From the NCBI GenBank assembly GCA_963754945.1, contig CAVWIG010000010.1, positions 1 to 46,479 of the forward strand: DNA of 46,479 nucleotides, written 5' to 3'. The notes under the pieces are model-generated. The model was given only the letters and a program-made list of their open reading frames with translations. It was not told where the DNA came from and searched no databases. This DNA comes from Methanotrichaceae archaeon (GTDB lineage: Archaea > Halobacteriota > Methanosarcinia > Methanotrichales > Methanotrichaceae). Of the stretch, positions 16,893 through 28,070 are shown piece by piece. Each line of letters starts with the position of its first letter. Within the stretch, counting starts at the first letter, position 1. The translations under genes and the position numbers were made by a program.

Positions 16893-19220
16893 TTGTTGAT
16901 AATCGGGACAACCGATCAAGAGGTCAAAACCAGCTTACGTGATGCGGCCATAGGCATGTCTGTATCCGAGGCCCGGTCCATCGCCAAAGTTCTGGGACGA
17001 GACCCCACACTAACCGAGCTATTCTGCTATGATGCCATGTGGTCTGAGCACTGCTCGTACAAGAGCAGCCGGGCCACTCTAAAAGAGTTCATGCCAACCG
17101 AGGGACCTAACGTGGTCTTGGGTCCCGTAGAGGACGCCGGGATAGTAGCCATAGACGATACCTGGTGCGCCGTTATATCCCACGAGAGCCACAACCACCC
17201 TAGCCAGGTCCTGCCTAGCGAAGGTGCTGCCACTGGAATTGGCGGCGATGTCCGCGATGTGAACTGCATGGGAGCCACTGTTGTGGCGACGGGCGATCCG
17301 CTGAGGTTCGGAGACCCCTACGGTCCTCAACGAAACAAAGTCCGCTGGGTAGCGGAGGGCGTAGTGGACGGAATCTGGCAGTACGGCAACGCTCTGGGCG
17401 TTCCCAACCTGGCGGGGGATGTAGTCTTCGACGAGAGCTTCGACTTCAACTGCCTGGTAAACGTCGTCGCCCTGGGGATCATTAAGAAGGACGAGATCAT
17501 CCACTCCAAGGCTCCGAAAGGCGCCGGGGAGAAGGAGTACGACGTGATCCTCATAGGCAAGCCAACTGACTCCAGTGGTCTAGGCGGCGTTACCTTCGCC
17601 TCTGAGGCTCTACGCGAGGAGGACGAGGCTACCAACCGCGGAGCAGTCCAGATACCAGACCCCTTCCTCAAGAACGTCCTGTTCAAGGCCAACGACGACC
17701 TGTTCAGGCTGGTCCGGGAGGAGGGAGTTGTGATCGGCTTCAAGGACCTTGGCGGCGGCGGGTTCACCTGCGCTACATCGGAGATGGGATCGGCAGCAGG
17801 CTACGGAATGGAGATCGACATGGACGAGATGCACAAGGCCGGAGACTTCCCTCCCGAGGTCCTCAGCATTGCCGAGACTCAGGAACGCTTCCTGATCATC
17901 TCTCCCCGTGAGCTGCGTGATAGGATCCTCAAGATCTACAATGAGGACTGGGACCTGCCCAACGTCTACGAAGGTGCCAGGGCAAGCGTTGTGGGAAAGA
18001 TCACCACTTCGGACAGGTTCGTTGTGCGGCACAAGGGCCAGGTAGTATGCGACGTCCCAATCCAGCACCTCACAGGCGGCATAAGATACCAGCGTGAGGA
18101 GAAGCCGAGGCAAAGGAGCTTTGCAGAACCGACTAATGAAATGCCTGCCGATATGAACCAGGTAATGCAAAAGATCCTTGGTTCGCCAAACATCGCATCG
18201 AGGGAGCACATCTACAGGTATTACGATACCGAGGTCATGGGAAATTCAGTCATCCGGCCCGGCGAGGCCGATGCAGGCCTTATCGCTCCGGTTCGGGGAG
18301 AGAAGTTCGGCATCGCACTGGCTGTGGACTCAAATCCCTTCTACGGAAGAATCAGCCCCTATTGGGCCGGCGCTACGGCAGTGGCCGAGGCGCTAAGGAA
18401 CATCGCAGCGATAGGTGCAACGCCCTCGGCGATAACCGACTGCCTTAACTTCGGCAACCCTGAAAAGCCGGAGGCCTTCTGGGAGTTTCGCGAGTCGGTT
18501 AAGGGCCTGTCGGATTCCTGCAAGAAGCTGTGGCTGAAGGGCTACAAGGACCAGCCGATCCCGATTGTGTCGGGAAACGTCAGTTTCTATAATGAGTCGC
18601 CTTCAGGGTCCGTTGACCCGTCTCCCGTGATCGCTTGTTTGGGAATCATCAAAGACGTCAGCAAGGCAGTGACCATGGAGCTGAAAAGTCCTGGTGACAA
18701 GCTCTATCTGATCGGTCCGAGGTTCGACGAGCTTGGTGGCTCTGAGTACTACAAGACGGTCTTTGGGGAGACAGGCGCCAATGTGCCAATCGTTCGGTTC
18801 GAGCTTGAGAGGAGCATGATATACGCGGTCATCGACGCAATTGACCAGGGTCTCGTGGCGGCCTGCCATGACATATCCAACGGCGGCCTGGCCTGCACAG
18901 CAGCAGAGATGACACTGACAAGGCCCGCCAGCTTTGGCCTTGAGCTGAATCTGGAGGGGGCAGGAGATGCTGGCAAGAAGATGAGGACGGACAAGCTGCT
19001 CTTCTCCGAGTCATCGGGATTCGTCATCGAGGCCAAGGCTGGATCTGAGGCCAAGTTGGTCGAGCTGCTGAAGAGCTACAACCTAGAGTCGATGGAGATA
19101 GGCACTGTGACCAAATCACGAAGAATCGTCATGAAGAAGAAAGGCAAGACGGTCATCGATCTAGACCTGGATGCGGCCAGAAAGACCTGGACCGAGGGCC
19201 TTGCGGAGGCGATGAGATGA
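16893..19220 (+). CDS. purL: phosphoribosylformylglycinamidine synthase subunit PurL
   Basis: MWSEHCSYKSS, HESHNHPS, GAATGIGG, DCLNFGNP, SGNVSFYN motifs. Confidence 0.98.
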   Translation: MLIIGTTDQEVKTSLRDAAIGMSVSEARSIAKVLGRDPTLTELFCYDAMWSEHCSYKSSRATLKEFMPTEGPNVVLGPVEDAGIVAIDDTWCAVISHESHNHPSQVLPSEGAATGIGGDVRDVNCMGATVVATGDPLRFGDPYGPQRNKVRWVAEGVVDGIWQYGNALGVPNLAGDVVFDESFDFNCLVNVVALGIIKKDEIIHSKAPKGAGEKEYDVILIGKPTDSSGLGGVTFASEALREEDEATNRGAVQIPDPFLKNVLFKANDDLFRLVREEGVVIGFKDLGGGGFTCATSEMGSAAGYGMEIDMDEMHKAGDFPPEVLSIAETQERFLIISPRELRDRILKIYNEDWDLPNVYEGARASVVGKITTSDRFVVRHKGQVVCDVPIQHLTGGIRYQREEKPRQRSFAEPTNEMPADMNQVMQKILGSPNIASREHIYRYYDTEVMGNSVIRPGEADAGLIAPVRGEKFGIALAVDSNPFYGRISPYWAGATAVAEALRNIAAIGATPSAITDCLNFGNPEKPEAFWEFRESVKGLSDSCKKLWLKGYKDQPIPIVSGNVSFYNESPSGSVDPSPVIACLGIIKDVSKAVTMELKSPGDKLYLIGPRFDELGGSEYYKTVFGETGANVPIVRFELERSMIYAVIDAIDQGLVAACHDISNGGLACTAAEMTLTRPASFGLELNLEGAGDAGKKMRTDKLLFSESSGFVIEAKAGSEAKLVELLKSYNLESMEIGTVTKSRRIVMKKKGKTVIDLDLDAARKTWTEGLAEAMR

Positions 19221-20008
19221 AGATCGCTGTGATGCAGTTCCCGGGAACGAACTGCGAGCATGAATGCCTGGTGGCTGTCAAGACAGTCGGCATGAACGGA
19301 GAGCTATTTCGATGGAACCGGCCTGCAGCAGAGCTGTCCGGCTTCGATGGTTACATAATTCCCGGCGGGTTCTCATACCAGGACCGAGTTCGGGCCGGAG
19401 CCATAGCCTCCAAGGAGCCGGTTATGGATGCTCTGCATGAAGAGTCAGCAAAAGGCAAGCCCATCATAGGCATTTGTAACGGTTTTCAGATCCTTGTCGA
19501 GTCCGGCCTTCTGCCAGGCAATGGCTCGATCGACATGGCCCTAGCCCAGAACGTGATGGTCTCGAACAAGAAGATCGTCCGCCGCGGCTACTACTGCGAT
19601 TGGATCAACCTCAAGCACGACTCTACGCCTGAGCGGTGCAGCGGCTCTTTCATAATCGAGAAGGGCTCCATCCTGCAGATGCCCATCGCCCATGGCGAGG
19701 GCAACCTTGTGACAATGAACAAAGAACTGATCCAGAAGATGAACGAGGACGGCCAGGTCGTATTCAGGTACTGCGACGCCCTGGGGCGAGAGCTTCCGGA
19801 GTTTCCCGTCAACGTGAACGGCAGCACTGAGAATATTGCAGCCATCTGCAACCCTGAAGGAAACGTTTTGGGCATGATGCCCCATCCGGAGAGGGCCTTC
19901 TTCGACTATCAGCTTCCTCCCCACGATCCGAGAAAGCACAGCGGCCAGGCGGGACCCGGAAGGCAGGTCTTCGAGTCCATGAAGCGCTACATAGAGGTAA
20001 AAGCATGA
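19217..20008 (+). CDS. purQ: FGAM synthase glutaminase subunit PurQ
   Basis: FPGTNC, PGGFSYQD, GICNGFQIL, MMPHPER. Confidence 0.98.
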   Translation: MKIAVMQFPGTNCEHECLVAVKTVGMNGELFRWNRPAAELSGFDGYIIPGGFSYQDRVRAGAIASKEPVMDALHEESAKGKPIIGICNGFQILVESGLLPGNGSIDMALAQNVMVSNKKIVRRGYYCDWINLKHDSTPERCSGSFIIEKGSILQMPIAHGEGNLVTMNKELIQKMNEDGQVVFRYCDALGRELPEFPVNVNGSTENIAAICNPEGNVLGMMPHPERAFFDYQLPPHDPRKHSGQAGPGRQVFESMKRYIEVKA

Positions 20009-20496
20009 GCCATAAAATCAACCTAAGGGTTTGGCTGAGCATCCCGGATGCCGAGGCTGTTACCGTCAAGAACACCCTGGTCAGGAGAATGGGCTTCCAA
20101 GATGTCCTTGTCGATGTGAAGAAGGAACGGCTCTTCTCAATTGAGGTAGATTCAGGTAATCCCGAAGAGCTGGCCAAGAGCTTCGCCAAGGAGCTGGTCA
20201 ACGAGAACAAGGAAAGCAGCAAAGTCCTCTTCGACGAGCTGAAGTTCGAAGGTGGGTACGTGCCTGTGAAGGTCGCCCTGCACATCGAGGACGGCGAGGC
20301 CATATCCACTCGGGAGCGCCTCCGGAACCGGCTGGGCTTCAAGAACGTCGTGGACGTGAAGAAGGCAACGATCTGGAAGTTGTACCTCCGCGGAGATAAC
20401 CGAGAGCGTGTAGCAAAGGAGATAGCCGAGGGGCTGCTGATCAATCCGCACAAGGACAGCTACGAGATATTGGCTAAGCCCAAGATTACGGCCTGA
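20005..20496 (+). CDS. purS: PurS, double-length (two tandem PurS domains)
   Basis: Operon position; two similar ~80-aa halves (DAEA...GF..V.DVKK...LVN / DGEA...GF..VVDVKK...LLINP). Confidence 0.8.
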   Translation: MSHKINLRVWLSIPDAEAVTVKNTLVRRMGFQDVLVDVKKERLFSIEVDSGNPEELAKSFAKELVNENKESSKVLFDELKFEGGYVPVKVALHIEDGEAISTRERLRNRLGFKNVVDVKKATIWKLYLRGDNRERVAKEIAEGLLINPHKDSYEILAKPKITA

Positions 20497-20522
20497 TGAT
20501 CTTAACAAATTAGGGAGATCAA

Positions 20523-21464
20523 CTAAGGGGCTCTTATCTGCTCCATCAAACAATCCAGGGGCTCCTTATCGTCCCTCAGCCTGAGGAAAACAGGAGCCCT
20601 CAGGTGTCCGTCGTGGGTTACCTCCATGGCAGTTACCTCGACCACTATTTCGGGCTTCAGCCATACGACGCCTGGAGTTGGCGGGGGATTTGAGAATGGA
20701 GACTTCAAGACTGGATGGAAGGACTTGGTTACAGTCTCCAGCTCATTTTCTGAGAATCCTGAGCCGACCCTGCCGACGTATACCAGATTTCCTTTGTCGT
20801 AAGCACCCACAAGAATGCCACCAAAGAATGACCCTCTATTGCCTTTCCCCGGAATGTAACCGCCAACCACCATGTCCACCGTTAGGCTCCTCTTGATCTT
20901 TATCCAGTCCGAGCTTCGTATTCCTGGCTGATAAACGGAAGACACCTTCTTGCCCATTATCCCCTCTAAGCCCAATTTGATAGCTGCTCTGAAATAAGTC
21001 TCCCCTTTCTCAGGATAAGAATCGATAATGGAAACGATATCGTCCTCCTTAAGCTCTTCTTTTAGGATCTTCTTTCGCTCTGAGAGGGGTTTGTTCATCA
21101 GGTCTTCCCCGCCAGAGCAAAGTATATCAAAGACAATGTAGCTGGCTAGTTGGGCCTCGGAAAGGTAGTCGATCTTTATCTTACGGTGCTGGTGTTCTCT
21201 CATGGCCAGAGCAGAAAAGTCAGGGCGGCCACCGGTAAGAACTGCAATTTCACCGTCCAAGATACAATCGTTTCCTTTAGCCAGGGAATCAACAATCTCT
21301 GGGTAGCGATATGTAATATCGATCAGCCTTCTATTCTGGAGCAATACTACCCCGTTATGAACGCGAGCTATGCAGCGGGTTCCATCTATCTTGGGCTCAA
21401 AGATCCAGCCTCTCTTGGAAAAGGGGTTCCCTGAAACGGCCAGCATCGGCTTAATGGGCTTCAT
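20523..21464 (-). CDS. ligD: ATP-dependent DNA ligase, stand-alone LigD-type ligase domain
   Basis: IKPMLA, EPKIDG.R motif I, LDGEI, VFDIL, EGIMGK, WIKIK, VGSGF, LRAPVF. Confidence 0.9.
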   Translation of the reverse strand: MKPIKPMLAVSGNPFSKRGWIFEPKIDGTRCIARVHNGVVLLQNRRLIDITYRYPEIVDSLAKGNDCILDGEIAVLTGGRPDFSALAMREHQHRKIKIDYLSEAQLASYIVFDILCSGGEDLMNKPLSERKKILKEELKEDDIVSIIDSYPEKGETYFRAAIKLGLEGIMGKKVSSVYQPGIRSSDWIKIKRSLTVDMVVGGYIPGKGNRGSFFGGILVGAYDKGNLVYVGRVGSGFSENELETVTKSFHPVLKSPFSNPPPTPGVVWLKPEIVVEVTAMEVTHDGHLRAPVFLRLRDDKEPLDCLMEQIRAP

Positions 21465-21509
21465 TTTTCAAGAATCATCTCATTTCGGGTCCCAGATCAT
21501 TATGGATCC

Positions 21510-22340
21510 TCATTTAAGGGAGTCTGCCGTCTCCTTCAGGGTTTCCATAAGGCTCTTAGCTGCAGGTTTTTTGGGCCTCTTCTCCAAGTGCAGTACCTCT
21601 CCTTTAAGCTTGGAGCTGATCAGGGCCTCAACCCTTTCCCTGTAGCCGTCATGATATTCGCTCAGATCCAGGTCTCCTGTCAGCCTGACCGCTATGTCTT
21701 TCGCAAGAGCCATCTCCTTCTCTCCCGGCTCTGGAAGATCCTTTATCTCCTGCATCAGAGACGGATCCAGTACCTCATCGGAGTACCTCAAAGTAGTGGC
21801 AACGATGGCGTTCTGATAGTAGTGTATCAGAACGATCCTCTCCTTTGAGCTCATAGTCATCTTTCCTATGGCTGCCTTTCCTGTTTTTTCTAGGGTTTTT
21901 CGAAGTAGGGAATAGGCGGCCTCCGAGCCATCGGGCACGAGAAGATAAGTCCTCTCGAAGTAGTGCGGATCAGCCAGGAAGAAGTTTACGAACCTGTCAA
22001 GGGCTATCACTTTGCTGGATTCGGGTTTTGCAGCAGATATCTCTTTTTTATCAAAGATGAGGTACTTGCCTCTCCCGACCTTGTAGCCGTACACGGTCTC
22101 GCTTTCAGGAACCTCGTCTCCTTCCTCGCAGAACCGCTTGTAAGATATGGGAGTACTACAGCTCTTATGGAGCATTCGAAAACTTATTTTCTTATCCTTG
22201 GTGATAGGGACAGCCCTTACAGGAATATTGACCAAGCCCATGCTGAGGCTGCCTGACCAAACAGCCCTGGCGGGCACAACTTCGGTCTCCACTTCCTCCT
22301 CGACCTGCTCTTCCCCTACCAGAGTTTTTAACTTGGCCAT
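21510..22340 (-). CDS. ku: prokaryotic Ku protein (NHEJ)
   Basis: RAVWSGSLSMGLVNIPV, YFERTYLL, YSLLRKTL, YHDGYRE motifs; directly upstream of the ligase. Confidence 0.93.
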   Translation of the reverse strand: MAKLKTLVGEEQVEEEVETEVVPARAVWSGSLSMGLVNIPVRAVPITKDKKISFRMLHKSCSTPISYKRFCEEGDEVPESETVYGYKVGRGKYLIFDKKEISAAKPESSKVIALDRFVNFFLADPHYFERTYLLVPDGSEAAYSLLRKTLEKTGKAAIGKMTMSSKERIVLIHYYQNAIVATTLRYSDEVLDPSLMQEIKDLPEPGEKEMALAKDIAVRLTGDLDLSEYHDGYRERVEALISSKLKGEVLHLEKRPKKPAAKSLMETLKETADSLK

Positions 22341-22488
22341 ATCTGCTAAAAGAATTTTAATGCGTAAGGTCGTTTGCCTTGGATTCCATTACAGACTTTG
22401 TTTACTAACTTCGAGTGCGTCCGACTTCAGTTATCTAGATCTAGGAATTATTCAATTCTTTCTTGGATGCTATCCTACTCAGAACTCT

Positions 22489-22932
22489 TCAAGCAGTTAA
22501 CCCCTGGGCCACTGTCCTGCCGAGTCGAAAGCACTTTTCGATGGTTGCTGCATCCGGTACCTGAATGGCGATGGTCCCAGGTTCGATTACCTTCATTCCA
22601 AAGGACTTCATCCTGCTGATCAGCGTAGGAATGCTTTCACCGCTCCAGCCGTAAGAGCCGAAAGCAACGCCGATCTTGTTCTTGAGGTCCAGCTTTTCTA
22701 TCTGCTTCAGGAAGGGGTCCATGGATTTAATGAGCTTGTAGTTGTATGTTGATCCTCCCAGGACGATAGCATCAGCATCCTTTACATCTTCAGAAGAGGC
22801 GTCGTAGGCATCCTTGAGCAATACATCTACGCCGTTAATGGTCTTCGCACCGTTGGCTATAGCCTCTGCCATCTGCCTTGTCCTTCCCATTCCGCTGCCA
22901 TATATTATTACGATCTTCGGCATCAACATCAC
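22489..22932 (-). CDS. flavodoxin-domain protein
   Basis: YGSGMGRT..MAEAIA, FGSYGWSGE. Confidence 0.9.
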   Translation of the reverse strand: MMLMPKIVIIYGSGMGRTRQMAEAIANGAKTINGVDVLLKDAYDASSEDVKDADAIVLGGSTYNYKLIKSMDPFLKQIEKLDLKNKIGVAFGSYGWSGESIPTLISRMKSFGMKVIEPGTIAIQVPDAATIEKCFRLGRTVAQGLTA

Positions 22933-23151
22933 TCCATGAAAACAATCAACAAATTAATTGATGACGATGTTATAACTAATTTACGGTAATTTCTTAGGTA
23001 TGTAGGACCCGAGGCAATGAATGACGGTTCAGGAAATTAAAGATCTGGATGAGTTGTGCCCAGACTATTGACAAAAAGTCAAAGCGGAATTGGCACCATT
23101 CGTTGAAAAAACTGAACGTAATATAAAAATAAGATAAATCATTTTGCTGCG

Positions 23152-23736
23152 TTAAACGGCTGTTCCCTTTGGTCCCTGAGGTTTTTCAGCATTCGTCTGA
23201 CCGGCACCAACCTGGATTGTACTTACAACATTTCTGGTGGTTATGGGGATTGACACAGAAGCCTCAGTTAGGCTGCCAGATGCCGACCCTTGCTGAGTTG
23301 CCGCCTGATTACTGAAAACATAACTTCCAGTCATTGAACCAGGCCCTACCATCATGTTAATCCTGTATAGGCTTGGTTCTCCCGAAGGTATGACGTAAAG
23401 CGTCAGGCTGTTGCCATTTAAGGTTCCACCAGCGCCTACTGGGGTTGAGTTCCCCAATACTATAATATCTCCTGAACCAAAGACCGCGTCGTTATTCTGG
23501 TACAACATCAACTTCAGGCTCTTGGTCCCCGCATTATCGAGGGCTATGGTCCAGCCACCTGCAATGTTTGCCAGGGAGCTTACAGGCGAAGTCCTGATTC
23601 CTGACTCCTTTGATGCTACACCGAGAGTCATCCCTGTTTGTTTGCTTACGTTATATACATCCTCCTGCGCAACGGCTAAGAAAACCAGAAGTGCCAAAAC
23701 TGACAACGCTAGGGCTATTATTTTAAGTGACATCAA
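23152..23736 (-). CDS. secreted hypothetical protein
   Basis: Signal peptide; beta-rich Gly/Ser/Thr composition. Confidence 0.7.
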   Translation of the reverse strand: MMSLKIIALALSVLALLVFLAVAQEDVYNVSKQTGMTLGVASKESGIRTSPVSSLANIAGGWTIALDNAGTKSLKLMLYQNNDAVFGSGDIIVLGNSTPVGAGGTLNGNSLTLYVIPSGEPSLYRINMMVGPGSMTGSYVFSNQAATQQGSASGSLTEASVSIPITTRNVVSTIQVGAGQTNAEKPQGPKGTAV

Positions 23737-23857
23737 CGTACAACTCCAATTTGTACAGATACCTTGCCTTAATTGAAAATAAAGGTTAAAAAGATGACGG
23801 CTATAGTTGCTCCCACTCTATTTTATGACAATTTGATGAGGGGATGATCCCCTCAAT

Positions 23858-26134
23858 TCAAGCGTAGATGCCGCCCCGCTCAACCTCGCGGGATGCCTTC
23901 TTCCGCAGCTCGCTCCCAAGCTTGGTGTAATACTTCATGGTATCCGGCGTGACGGAGGGTCCTGTATCCTGGATGGCATCCAGGAAATTGCTCTGGCCCA
24001 CAGTCTGAGACTGAATGTTCTCCCTAAGGGCTAAGCGTCCGGCCTTTCGGACCACCGAGGCGATATCCGCGCCAGTGTACTGATCGGTCAGCCTGACAAG
24101 CTCATCAACATCGACGTCCTTTCCGAGAGGCATCCTCTGGAGGTGGACCTGGAAGATTTTGTGCCTGGCATCAGTTTCCGGGACAGGAACCATGATCAGC
24201 TCGTCGAATCGTCCGGGGCGAAGCAGGGCAGGATCGATTATGTCCGGCCTGTTTGTCGCTCCGATGACAACCACGCCCCTCAGTTCCTCCAGACCGTCCA
24301 TCTCGCTAAGAAGCTGGTTGACCACGCGTTCGGTGACGTGCGGTTCACCCATTGACCCGCCCCTAACTGGGACCAGGGCATCAAGCTCATCCAGGAAGAT
24401 TATTGAAGGGGCGACCTGCTTTGCTCTGCGGAATATCTCCTCGACCCTTTTTTCGCTCTCGCCGTACCACTTTGATAAGAGAGCGCTGCCCTTGACGGTA
24501 ATGAAGTTTGCATCGCTCTCGTTGGCAACAGCTTTGGCCAGCATGGTCTTGCCGGTGCCTGGAGGACCGTAAAGGAGGATGCCCTTTGGAGCGTCTATCC
24601 CAAGCCGCTTGAAACTCTCAGCGTTACGCAGAGGCCACTCGACGGCCTCAACGAGAAGCTGCTTGACCGGTTCAAGGCCGCCGATGTCCTCCCAGGACAC
24701 GTTGGGAACTTCGACCATTATCTCCCTCAAGGCCGAAGGCTGCACCTCGCGCATGGCCGCCTCGAAGTCATCCTTGTGTACGATCAGCTTGTCAAGGATC
24801 TCTTTTGGAATAGTGGGCTCGTCCAGGTCTATCTCAGGAAGAATGCGGCGTAGAGAGTTCATGGCCGCTTCCCTGGTGACCGCTGCTATGTCCGCACCCA
24901 CGAATCCATAGGTCATCTTGGCGAACTCATCGATCAACACATCGTCCGCCAAAGGCATCCCGCGGGTATGGATCTGGAAGATCTCGTGTCTACCTTCGTA
25001 GTCTGGCACTCCTAGCTCAATCTCCCTGTCAAAGCGACCCGGTCGCCGTAGCGCCATGTCAAGAGCCTCGGGCCGGTTGGTGGAGCCGATGACAATGACG
25101 TTCTTGCGCTCTTTTAAGCCGTCCATCAGTGACAGGAGCTGGGCAACGACGCGACGCTCGACCTCGCCCGTGACCTCTCCGCGTTTCGGGGCGATTGAGT
25201 CAAGCTCATCGAGGAAGATTATGGACGGCTTGTTCTTCTCCGCCTCCTCAAACAGATCCCGTAGAGCCTTCTCGCTCTCTCCGTAGTACTTGGACATAAT
25301 CTCCGGCCCGTTTATGCTTATGAAGTAGGCATCGCTCTCGTTGGCTACCGCCTTTGCCAGCATGGTCTTGCCAGTTCCCGGAGGGCCGTGGAGAAGGACG
25401 CCCTTGGGCGGGTCGATTCCTAAGCGATCGAAGAGCTCCGGGTGCTTCAGGGGCAGCTCTATCATCTCCCGCACTTTTGTTATCGCCGGCTTGATGCCGC
25501 CTATGTCTTCGTAGACAACTGACGGTACGGGCCGTTCATGCGCCTCTATAGCCTGGGGCAGGAGCTCTACCTCGGTGCCCTCGGTTATCTTGACAATGCC
25601 GCCAGGGCTCGTGGAAATAACCCGCAGTTTGATCTCACCCAGGCCGAAGGCCTGAGCGCCCAAGAACCCGCGGAATATCTCCTCAAACATAGTCTCCCTG
25701 CCAAAGGAATCCGTTGGAGGTTTTCGAACACTGGTGGTGGAGATCACATCACCCTTGGTTATCGGCCTTCCCTGGAAGACCTTGGTGAGAACGTCTCCAG
25801 GCGCAAAGATCTGCATCCCCTGGGTCACTGGTGCCAAGGTTACGTGTTTGGCCTCGCCCCAGGTTGCTTTCTTGACCTCGATATACTGACCGATGCTTGT
25901 TCCTGCGTTGGACCTGATGAGGCCGTCCATCCTCACGATGTCTACTCCCTGGTCTGCCGTGTAGGCGTTCACGGCCAGCGCCGCCGTGGACCGGGAGCCG
26001 ATGATCTCCACGACATCCAGGGTTCGAGCGCCCATTTTGTCCAGGAACTCCTCGCTCACCCGGACTATTCCTTTTCCCACGTCCCCCTGGTTGGCCTCGG
26101 ATACTTTAAGCTTGACCGATTCTCCATCGCTCAT
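23858..26134 (-). CDS. cdc48: CDC48/VAT-family AAA+ ATPase (paralog 1)
   Basis: Two AAA modules (GPPGTGKT x2), double-psi N-domain; start reassigned to [11 protein letters not shown]. Confidence 0.95.
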   Translation of the reverse strand: MSDGESVKLKVSEANQGDVGKGIVRVSEEFLDKMGARTLDVVEIIGSRSTAALAVNAYTADQGVDIVRMDGLIRSNAGTSIGQYIEVKKATWGEAKHVTLAPVTQGMQIFAPGDVLTKVFQGRPITKGDVISTTSVRKPPTDSFGRETMFEEIFRGFLGAQAFGLGEIKLRVISTSPGGIVKITEGTEVELLPQAIEAHERPVPSVVYEDIGGIKPAITKVREMIELPLKHPELFDRLGIDPPKGVLLHGPPGTGKTMLAKAVANESDAYFISINGPEIMSKYYGESEKALRDLFEEAEKNKPSIIFLDELDSIAPKRGEVTGEVERRVVAQLLSLMDGLKERKNVIVIGSTNRPEALDMALRRPGRFDREIELGVPDYEGRHEIFQIHTRGMPLADDVLIDEFAKMTYGFVGADIAAVTREAAMNSLRRILPEIDLDEPTIPKEILDKLIVHKDDFEAAMREVQPSALREIMVEVPNVSWEDIGGLEPVKQLLVEAVEWPLRNAESFKRLGIDAPKGILLYGPPGTGKTMLAKAVANESDANFITVKGSALLSKWYGESEKRVEEIFRRAKQVAPSIIFLDELDALVPVRGGSMGEPHVTERVVNQLLSEMDGLEELRGVVVIGATNRPDIIDPALLRPGRFDELIMVPVPETDARHKIFQVHLQRMPLGKDVDVDELVRLTDQYTGADIASVVRKAGRLALRENIQSQTVGQSNFLDAIQDTGPSVTPDTMKYYTKLGSELRKKASREVERGGIYA

Positions 26135-26520
26135 ATCTTTTTCACACCTTCTTAATCCACACTGCTTTCTGTATAGATATACGGGTCTATTTTTTAAATA
26201 GTTTGCTAAATCGATGGCTCTTTGTTCTGGTTTAACTTTGTCCAATAAATTAAATATATTATTATTTATATTTATTGTTTATATTAATCTAAAGGGTCTG
26301 CCTTTGATTTTATGTTACTCAAAATTCAAACAGGTATTTCCTATTAGAATATTCTTTTCTGGCAAGGATAACCTTTAATTTGGCGAACACACCATTAATA
26401 CATGGGTTAATTTTCGAGATTGTGAACTACTAAGCGGAAATACACAAAGAGGAAGTCAACACAGATGTTCAATAGTTCCTGTCTTTGAAAAATCAAAAAA
26501 CAAAGAGTTATGGTGGTTGA

Positions 26521-27153
26521 ATGAAAATAGGAATAATCGGTTCAGGAAATGTCGGCAGTGCTCTGGGAAAGATCTGGGCAAGCAACGGCAATGAGATCAT
26601 GTTCAGCTCGCGCCGCCCTGAAAATCTGAAGGGCCTTGTGGAGTCCATAGGCAAGAATGCCTGTAATGGCCTCCCGGCCGAGGCTGCCAAGTACGGCGAG
26701 GTCGTGGTCCTGTCCGTTCCGTGGACACAGGCTCTTGATGCCCTCAAGTCCGCTGGCTCTCTTAAGGGCAAGGTCCTGATCGACTGCACCAATCCTCTGA
26801 AGCCGGATATGAGCGGGCTTGCAGTCGGCCACACTACCTCGGCTGCTGAGGAAGTTGCGAAAGCATCTCCAGGGGCCAAAGTTGTGAAGGCCTTCAACAC
26901 GACCTTCGCAGCGGTGATGAACTCACCATCAAGGACTTTCGGCTCTCAGAAGGCCACCGGATTTTACTGCGGAGATGACAGCTCTGCCAAAGCCACCGTG
27001 TCCGGTCTCATAAAAGAGACTGGCCTCGATCCACTGGACGTTGGACCTCTGATGTGCGCCAGATACCTTGAACCTCTGGCCATGCTGGCGATGCAGATTG
27101 CCTTTGTCCAGGGATTGGGCACTGAGATGGCGCTAGGACTACTGAGGCGCTAA
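26521..27153 (+). CDS. F420-dependent NADP oxidoreductase-family protein
   Basis: IGIIGSGNVG, IDCTNP, VVKAFNT, YCGDD, ARYLEP. Confidence 0.85.
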   Translation: MKIGIIGSGNVGSALGKIWASNGNEIMFSSRRPENLKGLVESIGKNACNGLPAEAAKYGEVVVLSVPWTQALDALKSAGSLKGKVLIDCTNPLKPDMSGLAVGHTTSAAEEVAKASPGAKVVKAFNTTFAAVMNSPSRTFGSQKATGFYCGDDSSAKATVSGLIKETGLDPLDVGPLMCARYLEPLAMLAMQIAFVQGLGTEMALGLLRR

Positions 27154-27155
27154 AA

Positions 27156-27986
27156 GTGCCTGTGAATGGCTTCATGAAGGGCAGGGCCGTTCTGGTAACA
27201 GGCTCGACCGACGGAATAGGCAAGGCGACTGCTCTTGGCCTTGCCCGGATGGGCGCAAAGATTCTCCTGCACGGCCGGGACACCGAAAAAGGCCGGAGAG
27301 TGCGAGAGGAGATCGCCCGCACGACCGGAAGTGACCAGCTCGATCTCTTTATCGCAGACCTTTCGTCTCAAAGGCAGGTTCGCAAGCTTGCCGCTGAAAT
27401 CGTGGAGAGGCATGAACGTCTGCACGTTCTCATCAACAACGCCGGAACCTTCGAAGTCGAGCGCGGGCTAACAGAGGACGGTCTGGAGACTACTTTTGCA
27501 GTCAACTATCTGGCGCCGTTCCTGCTCACTCACGAGCTGCTGGAACTATTGGATGATAGTTCTCCTTCGAGGATAATCAACGTTGCCTCCATAGCCCACT
27601 TGAACGCCAAAGTGGATTGGAACAACCTGCAGGGAGAAAGATGGTACGATGGATTCCAAGCCTACGCATTATCGAAATTGGGCATTGTACTTTTCACATT
27701 CGAGCTTGCAGAGCGATTGAAAGCAACGGTTGTTACTGCAAACTGTCTCCACCCGGGAGTAATAAAAACCAAGCTCCTACGAGCTGGTTTCGGGGACTAT
27801 CCAGGAAGTTCACCGGAGAAGGGAGCGAGGACTCCTATCTATCTAGCCAGCTCACCCGAGGTGGAAGGGGTCAGCGGCGAGTATTTCATGGAATGTAGGC
27901 CTGTCAAGTCCTCGCAATTGAGCTACAATAAAGACCTGCAAAAAAAGTTCTGGGATCTGGCAGAAACGTACACCAGCACAGCATAA
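27156..27986 (+). CDS. SDR family oxidoreductase (retinol dehydrogenase-like)
   Basis: TGSTDGIG, INNAG, YALSK, LHPG. Confidence 0.92.
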   Translation: MPVNGFMKGRAVLVTGSTDGIGKATALGLARMGAKILLHGRDTEKGRRVREEIARTTGSDQLDLFIADLSSQRQVRKLAAEIVERHERLHVLINNAGTFEVERGLTEDGLETTFAVNYLAPFLLTHELLELLDDSSPSRIINVASIAHLNAKVDWNNLQGERWYDGFQAYALSKLGIVLFTFELAERLKATVVTANCLHPGVIKTKLLRAGFGDYPGSSPEKGARTPIYLASSPEVEGVSGEYFMECRPVKSSQLSYNKDLQKKFWDLAETYTSTA

Positions 27987-28070
27987 AAACAACGAATAAT
28001 TGTGCCAACAATTTATGACATCATATATTACAATTTTATGACATTATGTCGGTACTATTACAAGTTGCAA

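Noticed and set aside
27230-27245. GCTCTTGGC match to the att-like core
   Set aside because: Lacks the TTGCC arm and lies in the intact SDR gene; chance match.
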